From assembly GCA_049509455.1 (NCBI GenBank), contig JBEKZX010000049.1:1-11473 (forward strand): a stretch of 11,473 nucleotides of DNA, read 5' to 3'. The notes under the pieces were generated by a model. It was given only the letters and a program-made list of their open reading frames with translations, was not told the DNA's origin and searched no databases. The stretch is from Conexivisphaerales archaeon (GTDB lineage Archaea > Thermoproteota > Nitrososphaeria > Conexivisphaerales > DTJL01). Positions 1 through 6,277 of the stretch are shown here, in pieces (within the stretch, counting starts at the first letter, position 1; every line of letters begins with the position of its first letter). Made by a program: the position numbers and the translations under genes.

Positions 1-465
1 CCCGATCCTTTCCTTGTCCACTGAGGGGAGCGACTTCAGGTATTCGATTCCCGCCAGGAGGTCCTTCATGAAGACCTCCGTCTGGGCTTGGCCGCCGCCC
101 AAGGTCATTCCGAGGACCTCCCGGTCGATTCCGCTAGAGCCAGCTACAAGCGCCTCGACGGCCTTCGGATCTCGCCTCTTCTCAGGGGGCATCCCCCAGA
201 CCAGCGCCATGGCCTTTTCTATGTTCTGTGGTGTGAGGACCTCCTTCTGTCGCGCGCGCGAATAGAGGTGGGGCGCGAGCACGACGTACCCTTCCCTCGC
301 ATATCTCCCCGCCACGTCTCTTATGTGAGACTCCAGCCCCCAGATCTCATGGATGAGCAGTACGGCAGGGGATGGGCTCTCGGACGAGGGCTGGGCCAGG
401 CATGCCTCCACGTCGGAGCCGTCGAACGTCATATACTTCACTTCCTGTGCGGAAAAGGGAATCAT
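1..465 (-). CDS. Dienelactone hydrolase (carboxymethylenebutenolidase) family alpha/beta hydrolase, 5' part (truncated by window edge)
   Basis: Manual minus-strand translation from ATG at 465 stays open to base 1: MIPFSAQEVKYMTFDGSDVEACLAQPSSESPSPAVLLIHEIWGLESHIRDVAGRYAREGYVVLAPHLYSR...DLLAGIEYLKSLPSVDKERIG. The P-A-V-L-L-I-H-E-I-W-G-L, G-Y-V-V-L-A-P-x-L-Y and D-x-x-R-I-G segments are typical of the DLH family. It is missing from the ORF track because the stop lies outside the window. Confidence 0.92.
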   Translation of the reverse strand, partial: MIPFSAQEVKYMTFDGSDVEACLAQPSSESPSPAVLLIHEIWGLESHIRDVAGRYAREGYVVLAPHLYSRARQKEVLTPQNIEKAMALVWGMPPEKRRDPKAVEALVAGSSGIDREVLGMTLGGGQAQTEVFMKDLLAGIEYLKSLPSVDKERIG

Positions 466-488
466 TACATGCGCGCCGACCCCGCAAG

Positions 489-496
489 ATATTAAA
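489..496 (-). promoter_or_regulatory. Putative archaeal TATA box (TTTAATAT) for the DLH gene
   Basis: AT-rich box 24-31 nt upstream of ATG 465 in an otherwise GC-rich context. Confidence 0.55.
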
Positions 497-591
497 CGAT
501 AGCCTAAACCGCTCGCCGTCAGGGAGGCCGCAGTTAATGCGACGCCCCAGGCCTGGAGGGGCTCTCCATACTCGTAGTCGTAGCCAGTGAC

Positions 592-822
592 GTGGACCTC
601 CCTGAATTCGAGAGGGCCGTGCTCAAGAGCCGCAACAAGATCAGCCTCCGCCTCGACCCGCGGTTCCCGCCTGTGTTGAGCGTGAAATCCAGGACTTCCC
701 AGTCTTCGGAGCTGTCGCTGACCCTCATGGTCAGGGAGTCCGAGAAGAAGGGGGAGATATCGACGGAGATCAAACAGCGTATATCGACCATACTGGAAAC
801 CATCAAGAAGAGTCGCTCCTAA
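592..822 (+). CDS. Small basic hypothetical protein (76 aa; weak resemblance to ribosomal protein eL38)
   Basis: GTG start, GC3-rich codons, natural-looking alpha/beta pattern. The frame is open upstream to 538, so the true start may be earlier (e.g. ...ILVVVASD-VDLPEF). Confidence 0.65.
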   Translation: MDLPEFERAVLKSRNKISLRLDPRFPPVLSVKSRTSQSSELSLTLMVRESEKKGEISTEIKQRISTILETIKKSRS

Positions 823-1026
823 TGTCCATGGATCGCCTTCGAAGGGAGTTCACCCTAGATGCCACGACCTGAACGCTGTTTGAGTTCCGCGTGTCGCGAG
901 GTGAGGGAGCCTCCTTCGCATGGAGGTCTCCAGTTCCATCCCCCTCCATCTTATGGTGACCATCCGCTACTGTGCGCGGAAAAGTGTCTCGTTTAGAAAG
1001 GTGTCTTTGATGCTATCTTCGCGAAC

Positions 1027-1617
1027 CTATTTCCTCATGGCGCAGAAGAGGGCCTTGCGGTCGCCGCCAGCCGTTTCTCGGAAGAACGTGGCCTTGGTCT
1101 CCACTAAAGTGAAAGGCGGAACGAAGATTCCCCGGATCTCCTCGGGGCTGAACCGGTAGGGTCCAGGCATCCTCTCTTCCCCGCTGAAGGTCTTGAGGAG
1201 GAGGCTCCCTCCCTGCTCTAGCAGGAGGGAGACATTCTTGACGTAGGCCTCCCTGTCCAAGGGCTCGAGGGTGTGAAAGCATCCCCTGTCGACGACCACG
1301 CGGAAGCTGCCAGTGAGCCCGGTGGAGACGACGTTGTCCACGATGAACTTGACGTCAACGCCTTCGCGAGCCGCCCTCGTCCTGGCCTTCCTGACGGCGA
1401 CCTCTGAGACGTCCGTCGCCGTCACCTTCCATCCCAGCTTTGCCATGAGGATGGCCTGGGTGCCCGGCCCTTCGCCAAGGCTGAGGAGGCTTCCGAAGGG
1501 GGGCCCCAGCTTCGATAGGGCCGCGCAGATGTCTTCGTCGAGGCTCGTGGAGAACCAAGGAAGTTCCTCCACCCGTCCGGACCCGTATACTTTGTCCCAG
1601 CGGCTGCGGTCGTTCAA
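1027..1617 (-). CDS. Class I SAM-dependent methyltransferase (TPMT/TehB-like)
   Basis: WDKVY...LPW N-terminus, motif I LSLGEGPG, GWKVTATDVSEVAV, VVVDRGCFHTL. I moved the start from 1797 to TTG 1617 because the upstream 60 codons look non-coding and a TATA-like TTATTAT lies at 1641-1647. Confidence 0.9.
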   Translation of the reverse strand: MNDRSRWDKVYGSGRVEELPWFSTSLDEDICAALSKLGPPFGSLLSLGEGPGTQAILMAKLGWKVTATDVSEVAVRKARTRAAREGVDVKFIVDNVVSTGLTGSFRVVVDRGCFHTLEPLDREAYVKNVSLLLEQGGSLLLKTFSGEERMPGPYRFSPEEIRGIFVPPFTLVETKATFFRETAGGDRKALFCAMRK

Positions 1618-1640
1618 CTGGTCCCCGGTCCGTCTGGACA

Positions 1641-1647
1641 ATAATAA
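1641..1647 (-). promoter_or_regulatory. Putative TATA box (TTATTAT) for the methyltransferase gene
   Basis: Lies 24-30 nt upstream of TTG 1617. Confidence 0.5.
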
Positions 1648-1955
1648 CCCATTCCAAGATTCCGCAGCAGGTCCAACTGGGATTCGCCAGCGATTGGGCC
1701 CTCTAGCTACTCCAATCCTGACAGCATTATGGGATCCCAAACCATTATTCGATGATCGAACGTACCTGCCCGGTCGTGGCACGTTGGCAGCTTCCACGGA
1801 TTCCTGAGCGACCCTCCCTGAGCTGCTCGGCCGCCTCCCCTTTTACCTCAGTCTTCCTCCTTCTGGAGGGAGCTTCGGAGGCCCATTTCACTCGCCCACA
1901 GAAAGTCAGATATATCGTCGATGTGAAGGCTATACTATAGGAGCGCGATGGTGAT

Positions 1956-2591
1956 TTGAGCAGGGCCGATGAGATTACGAGCGAAGTCAGGAAGATAGTG
2001 CTTACCAACAAGGCGCTGGAGGCACAGCTTCAGCAGTCGATACCCAAGAGGACCCACGAGGAACAGGTGGCCAAGCTGCAGGCCCAGATAGACGACCTGC
2101 AAAGCCAGGTCAGCCTTGCCAAGGGCGAGCTGGAGAAGACGGTCTCGGTGGGCGCGAGGTTGGGAGCCGTGGAGTCGAGGATCAGCACCCTCTACGACGC
2201 CGCGGCTTCGCAGAACGAGGCCATAAAGGGGCTGTCGGAGAAGCTATCCGAAGGCACCGTCCCGTATTCCCTTCACGTTGAAGACCTTGCGAGGATTCAG
2301 CAGCTGGAGGAGCAGGTGTACTCCATGGTCCCAAGAAGCGATCTGGACTCCCTTCGGTCCCAGTTGGCTGATTCCGTCCCCAGGGCAAAGTTCGAAGAGA
2401 CAGAGCGGGCTTTGACGGAGATGATTCCTAAGGAACGCTTGGACCAGTCGGAAGCCAAGATCGCCGAGCTCGAGAGGGCGTTGGCCGATTCGGTTCCCCG
2501 CGCCACGCTGGAGGAACTGCAAGACAAGATCGCTTCCATGATGAAGGATGCCACCGCAGGTGGCGAAGAGCCCGCAGCTAAAGATCAATAG
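1956..2591 (+). CDS. Coiled-coil protein with recurring [SMT]-[VI]-P-[RK] motifs (211 aa)
   Basis: E/L/Q/A/K-rich heptad pattern, no TM segment or signal peptide. TTG start follows a GGTGA SD-like motif, with TATAT at 1911-1915. Prolines at residues 30, 103, 126, 142, 158 and 181, each in a [VI]P dipeptide. Confidence 0.88.
   Translation: MSRADEITSEVRKIVLTNKALEAQLQQSIPKRTHEEQVAKLQAQIDDLQSQVSLAKGELEKTVSVGARLGAVESRISTLYDAAASQNEAIKGLSEKLSEGTVPYSLHVEDLARIQQLEEQVYSMVPRSDLDSLRSQLADSVPRAKFEETERALTEMIPKERLDQSEAKIAELERALADSVPRATLEELQDKIASMMKDATAGGEEPAAKDQ
2364..2504 (+). repeat. Intragenic imperfect direct repeat encoding LADSVPRA twice
   Basis: 2364-2387 ttggctgattccgtccccagggca and 2481-2504 ttggccgattcggttccccgcgcc encode the same peptide with synonymous differences, 117 nt (39 codons) apart. 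Confidence 0.85.
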
Positions 2592-2671
2592 CCTCAGATT
2601 GGCGATGCGTGCCAGAGTATTGTAGGATAACGTAGCATCCCTACGATGGCCTTTGTCAGGCCGCCTAAGCC

Positions 2672-3652
2672 CTAGAGTTCGCCCACGGTGCCGGGCACTC
2701 TGGGAAATGGCTGCACCTCGCCTACGTGCTCCGCCCCCACGATCCAGCCCACTAGTCGCTCGACCCCGAACCCTCCGCCAGCGGAGGGAAGGAGCTTCTT
2801 CTCCTTCGCGAGCCTCAGCAGCACGCTATAGTTCTCTTCTTTGACGCCGTCTCGTTTCATCTTGGCAAGGAGCTTGGTCAGCTCCCATTCCCTCTTGGCC
2901 CCCGAAAGGACCTCCCCTTTGCCGGGGAGAAACAGGTCATAGTTGTCCCATCTCCCCGTCGCCGGGTCTTCGTAGTCATAGAACTCCCGAGGCATGTTGA
3001 CCACCCACGCCGGCCCCTTGAGCTCGGAGGGGAACGTCTCCTCCCAATTCTTCCCGTGGCTCTCCTCCAGCTCCTCCCTGTCGAAGACCGGGAAGCGGAC
3101 CTTGGGCAGCATGATGCGGTCCACGCCCCCCAGGCGGGCCAGGACCCCCGACATTTCCTCCCTTAGGGAAGTCGTCAGCGTAATGATGGCACGTTCCGCG
3201 AGCCTCCTCACTTCGTCAGAGGAGGCATCTCTGACCTCGAAGTCCAGCTGGTTGAACTCGTAGATATGCCTCCCCGTCGTTGCCCTCTCCCTTTTCTCCA
3301 CGCGCACGTTGGGCGAAATGACGAAGATCTTCGGGGCCAGCAGCGAGCAGGCCACCATCTTGTGGACGATCATGCTCATGGTGGCCCTTACGGGCTCGTC
3401 GTAGATCTCCAGCTCCAATCTCTTCTCAATCGAAGCCCCCGCGTCGGGCCACAGCGGGTCCGTGCACTTCGAAATGATCACGGGCAGCATCCATTCGAAT
3501 CCCTCGGCCGTAAAGCTCCTGGTCATCGTATAGATGACGTGAGTCATTACCGTCGAAACGTCGGAGCGCCTCTTCAGCTCGTCGGCCGAAAGCATGTCGA
3601 TGGACCTCACCGCCCCGACGGCGCCGACGGTGAGGTTTGCTGAATCGTTCAA
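2672..3652 (-). CDS. asnA: Archaeal-type asparagine synthetase A (anticodon-domain-less AsnRS paralogue, AsnRS2/AS-AR)
   Basis: Class II aaRS motifs are present: GFEWMLPVIISKCTDPLWPD, SPNVRVEK...TGRHIYEFNQLDFE (motif 2), SAGGGFGVERL (motif 3) and C-terminal PFPRVPG. There is no N-terminal OB-fold anticodon domain. Preferred start is TTG 3652 (TATA at 3677-3684); the track start is 3688. Confidence 0.93.
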   Translation of the reverse strand: MNDSANLTVGAVGAVRSIDMLSADELKRRSDVSTVMTHVIYTMTRSFTAEGFEWMLPVIISKCTDPLWPDAGASIEKRLELEIYDEPVRATMSMIVHKMVACSLLAPKIFVISPNVRVEKRERATTGRHIYEFNQLDFEVRDASSDEVRRLAERAIITLTTSLREEMSGVLARLGGVDRIMLPKVRFPVFDREELEESHGKNWEETFPSELKGPAWVVNMPREFYDYEDPATGRWDNYDLFLPGKGEVLSGAKREWELTKLLAKMKRDGVKEENYSVLLRLAKEKKLLPSAGGGFGVERLVGWIVGAEHVGEVQPFPRVPGTVGEL

Positions 3653-3676
3653 GACCCCTTCGAAGAAAAGGCGGGC

Positions 3677-3684
3677 TAATAAAA
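3677..3684 (-). promoter_or_regulatory. Putative TATA box (TTTTATTA) of asnA
   Basis: Lies 25-32 nt upstream of TTG 3652 and overlaps the edge of palindrome 1. Confidence 0.65.
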
Positions 3685-3757
3685 GCATAATGCTTCTGGG
3701 TCCGGCAATATGGTGGAATTAAAACCATAAATGCTGGCAAGTGTTGGCATTATGCCA
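3683..3757. promoter_or_regulatory. Putative phased Lrp operator array (4 sites)
   Basis: Two perfect 13-bp palindromes, AAGCATAATGCTT (3683-3695) and TGGCATTATGCCA (3745-3757), share the core GCAT-W-ATGC. Degenerate copies are GCAATATGG (3705-3713) and CCATAAATGC (3725-3734). Centres are at 3689, 3709, 3730 and 3751. Confidence 0.72.
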
Positions 3758-3759
3758 GA

Positions 3760-4200
3760 TTGGACGACAGGGACTGGAAGATACTGGCGATGCTCATGGC
3801 CGACGGCAGGAAGTCCGTGGTCGACATGGCGAAGGAGCTGTCGATGCCCCGTGCCACAGTTCAAGAACGGGTGAAAAAGTTGGTGGACGGAGGGGTGATC
3901 AGGAGATTCGCCGCCGTGCCCGATTACTCCAAGGTGGGTAAGGAGGTGACTGCTTACGTCCTGGTCTCCTTCACTCGAGAAGGGAACTTCTCGCAGCGGA
4001 GGCTGGCCGAGGAGATCGGTCTCATCCCAGAGGTCCACGAGGTCTCGCTCATCTCGGGCGAGTGGGACCTGATCCTGAAGGTGAGGGCGTCGTCGGTCCA
4101 GGAGATAGGCTCCCTCGTGGTCGATCGGCTGAGGATGATGAAGGGAATCGAGAAGACGCAAACCTGCCTCTCCTTCCAGGTCATGAAGGAGACCCCCTAG
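3760..4200 (+). CDS. Lrp/AsnC family transcriptional regulator
   Basis: N-terminal wHTH (MDDRDWKILAMLMADGRKSVVDMAKELSMPRATVQERVKKLVDGGVI) and C-terminal RAM domain (EVHEVSLISGEWDLILKV...GIEKTQT). 146 aa, TTG start. Confidence 0.96.
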   Translation: MDDRDWKILAMLMADGRKSVVDMAKELSMPRATVQERVKKLVDGGVIRRFAAVPDYSKVGKEVTAYVLVSFTREGNFSQRRLAEEIGLIPEVHEVSLISGEWDLILKVRASSVQEIGSLVVDRLRMMKGIEKTQTCLSFQVMKETP

Positions 4201-4256
4201 CGGTCAGCCCAGCGGTTCTTCGATCATGGTCAAAGAAGCCACTTTGACTTCTGCCG

Positions 4257-4556
4257 ATGAACACTTTACTCTGGACCGCGGTCGCCCTCCTCCTCGTGGC
4301 GGGCTCCGCTCATGAGTACTGAGGCGCGTGCGTGGCCAACACTTTTGGAAGCGTCAACGGCTATTCGTACTCTGCATGATTCTATATCATGTGGGCCATT
4401 TACTGCGTCGGGGTGCTGGCCATAGCCGCTTACTTCGCATCTAGGGTCCTCGAGACGCTGTCGGCCCTCAACGCTGCCATACTAATTGGGATTTGCTCCT
4501 ACAAAGGCTTCTACGATACCATCGGTTACGTGGACAAGGCCATAGAGGTCTGCTGA
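4257..4556 (+). pseudogene. Probable decayed small membrane-protein gene with two in-frame TGA codons; the last 55 codons (4389-4556) are an intact mini-ORF
   Basis: One frame reads MNTLLWTAVALLLVAGSAHEY*GACVANTFGSVNGYSYSA*FYIMWAIYCVGVLAIAAYFASRVLETLSALNAAILIGICSYKGFYDTIGYVDKAIEVC*, with stops at 4320-4322 and 4377-4379. It has hydrophobic segments and mostly GC3-rich codons. Confidence 0.4.
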
Positions 4557-4726
4557 TCATAGTCTTGGTCATGCTGCGACGAGTAAGCCGAATTCCCCGG
4601 CCGCGGCCTAAGGGGACGGGCAGGCAGAACGGCAGCCGGCGCTTATGTACCGGCCCGACGTGCCTAGCGTCTATCCTTCTTGAATCCAGAATTGCTTAAG
4701 AGCTGGGCGAACGGCATCATGTCGTC

Positions 4727-5539
4727 TTGACATTCTGTAAGGAATGCGGCAAGGAGCTTCCCAGCAAAGCCCGCTTTTGTCCCGCGTGCGGGTCCCCGGT
4801 CGCCGACTTCGCGACGGCGCCCACGCAGAGCCACAGGACATTCACGGTCGCGGCCAAGCCTCGGGTCGTCGTGACGACCCTGGTGCCAGGGATGGTCGAG
4901 GTCAAAGTGGGCTCCGCCGGGGCGGTGGACGTCGATTTGGATCTCAGAAGGTCCGAGGACATGGATTGGAACGTTTACCAGCAGGGAGATCTGATAACGG
5001 TGTCCTTCCGCACGACTTCCCGGACTTACTGGAGCTGGGCTTCGCACCTCGAAAGCGGCCCAAGGGCGGACATAGTGCTCTCCGTCCCGAAGGAATGCGA
5101 CCTCGACCTCGAGAACAGGCTGGACAGGGTCTCCATCTTGGGCGTCCAAGGTGTCATCATCGTCAACTCCGTCGTCGCTGGCATCGAAGCCAAAGGATGC
5201 GGCGGCAACCTGAAGGTGAGGACCAAGACCGGCTCCATCATGCTTTATGACGTCAACGGCTCCGTGTTCGCCGAGACGGCGACGGGCCAAATCATGTATT
5301 CTGGTTGTCTCGCGAAGACCGAGAACTGGTTCCACACGAGCGTGGGCACCATACAACTCTCTCTCAAGGGCGAGCTGGACCTGAGTGTCGAAGCTCATTC
5401 CGGACTGGGAGACGTGAGCTGCACCCTTCCCCTAGTTGACGCCCGTAACGAACGTGGAATGGTTCGTGGCCGTCTGGGCGCAGGGTCGGGGCGCCTAAGG
5501 GCAGAAACCGGAACGGGCAGCATCCTGATCGGTTCGTGA
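4727..5539 (+). CDS. Zinc-ribbon + DUF4097-like beta-strand-repeat protein
   Basis: N-terminal FCKECG...FCPACG double CxxC, then repeated beta units (VRTKTGSIML, AETATGQIMY, FHTSVGTIQL, AHSGLGDVSC, AETGTGSILI). TATA-like CTTAAG at 4695-4700. Confidence 0.85.
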   Translation: MTFCKECGKELPSKARFCPACGSPVADFATAPTQSHRTFTVAAKPRVVVTTLVPGMVEVKVGSAGAVDVDLDLRRSEDMDWNVYQQGDLITVSFRTTSRTYWSWASHLESGPRADIVLSVPKECDLDLENRLDRVSILGVQGVIIVNSVVAGIEAKGCGGNLKVRTKTGSIMLYDVNGSVFAETATGQIMYSGCLAKTENWFHTSVGTIQLSLKGELDLSVEAHSGLGDVSCTLPLVDARNERGMVRGRLGAGSGRLRAETGTGSILIGS

Positions 5540-5582
5540 GGGCAGCGCTGCCTACTACGCTTATATCGGTCTTCGACGACTA

Positions 5583-5990
5583 ATGAAACGATCTAGGTTG
5601 AAGACCTGGACCCTGATGTATAGCCTCATCTGGCTCTCCTTCATTCAGATACTCTTCGTCCTCTTCTCTCCCCTAGGGAACGATGTCCTCACGATAGCTG
5701 TCCACGCCCCTCTGGGGCTGGTCATCTTCGGCCTCGCCTTCCTTGTGAACCACAAGGTCCAGTCCTCCGGCTGCCCGGACCGCATCAAGAGGATCACGAA
5801 GGTGACGCGGAACTTGGCGCTGCTTCAGGGCCTCCTGGGCTTCGTCCTTGCTGCCGGGATTTCCATGGGCTGGGCGGACCTGTACCTCTACATCGTCAGC
5901 CTGCTCCACGTCGCCAACGCCCTCGCCATCATCACCCAGGCCTCGTCATCTGCAACGGCCTTTGATATGTGGGAGGAGAAGGAGTATTAA
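5583..5990 (+). CDS. Hypothetical 4-TM membrane protein with His residues in TM2 and TM4
   Basis: Four hydrophobic segments, H41 (HAPLG), H109 (LHVANA), basic loop CPDRIKRI, C-terminal FDMWEEKEY. TATA-like TTATAT at 5561-5566. Confidence 0.8.
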   Translation: MKRSRLKTWTLMYSLIWLSFIQILFVLFSPLGNDVLTIAVHAPLGLVIFGLAFLVNHKVQSSGCPDRIKRITKVTRNLALLQGLLGFVLAAGISMGWADLYLYIVSLLHVANALAIITQASSSATAFDMWEEKEY

Positions 5991-6026
5991 GTAGCGATGG
6001 CACCCCAGGCGCCGTCTCCTTGACGT

Positions 6027-6245
6027 CTATATATCGTCCCTGAATAGCAGGTCGGTGTAGCGGCTTTCAAAGCGCCAGAGCAGGAGGAGGAAGGGCAACC
6101 CCACGAGGGAGCTGCCAAAATAGGCCACCAATGCAGGGAATAGCGCTATGAAGAGAGCCAGCGAGCCGAAGGTCCCCACCACAGCGGCTAGCCCTGTCAC
6201 GACCATATAACGCCTGTACTTCTTCAGTTCCTTCTGCTTGTTCAT
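6027..6245 (-). CDS. Small two-TM membrane protein (about 72 aa)
   Basis: Basic N-terminus (MNKQKELKKYRRY) followed by two hydrophobic helices. ATG 6245 follows GGAGTGG; GTG 6254 is an alternative start. It lies about 30 nt after the M20 stop on the same strand. Confidence 0.7.
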   Translation of the reverse strand: MNKQKELKKYRRYMVVTGLAAVVGTFGSLALFIALFPALVAYFGSSLVGLPFLLLLWRFESRYTDLLFRDDI

Positions 6246-6277
6246 GGAGACCACTCCGGACTCTAGGGATGGTTCCC

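Noticed and set aside
14-590. + strand ORFs 14-265, 88-495 and 372-590
   Set aside because: They are antisense shadows of the DLH gene or run across its promoter, with no recognisable motifs.
823-1026. About 200-bp gap; ORF 920-1159 and short minus-strand frames
   Set aside because: No convincing codon bias or motifs, and 920-1159 overlaps the methyltransferase antisense.
1470-1500. Methyltransferase motif I reads LSLGEGPG rather than LDLGCGxG
   Set aside because: Similar S/C-L-x-E-G variants occur in TehB-like methyltransferases, so this is not clearly unusual.
1618-1797. 60-aa N-terminal extension of the methyltransferase in the ORF track
   Set aside because: Low-complexity R/G/P/S-rich sequence; the TATA position supports TTG 1617. 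The extensions of asnA (to 3688) and M20 (to 7717) were trimmed for similar reasons.
1650-1950. About 300-bp divergent gap with ORFs 1745-2011 and 1752-1940
   Set aside because: The peptides look random; there is no tRNA cloverleaf, repeat or ncRNA structure I can support.
2622-2662. Weak hairpins (GTAGGAT...ATCCCTAC; GGCCT...AGGCC) between convergent genes
   Set aside because: Short or bulged stems without a U-tract; expected by chance at this GC content.
4320-4379. Genome-wide TGA recoding (Trp or selenocysteine)
   Set aside because: Well-supported genes in the window end in TGA (5539, 8647), no conserved gene has an internal TGA, and I saw no SECIS-like element.
5541-5552. Perfect 12-bp palindrome GGCAGCGCTGCC just upstream of a TATA-like box
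   Set aside because: Single GC-rich copy with no second instance seen; could be chance, though an operator cannot be excluded.
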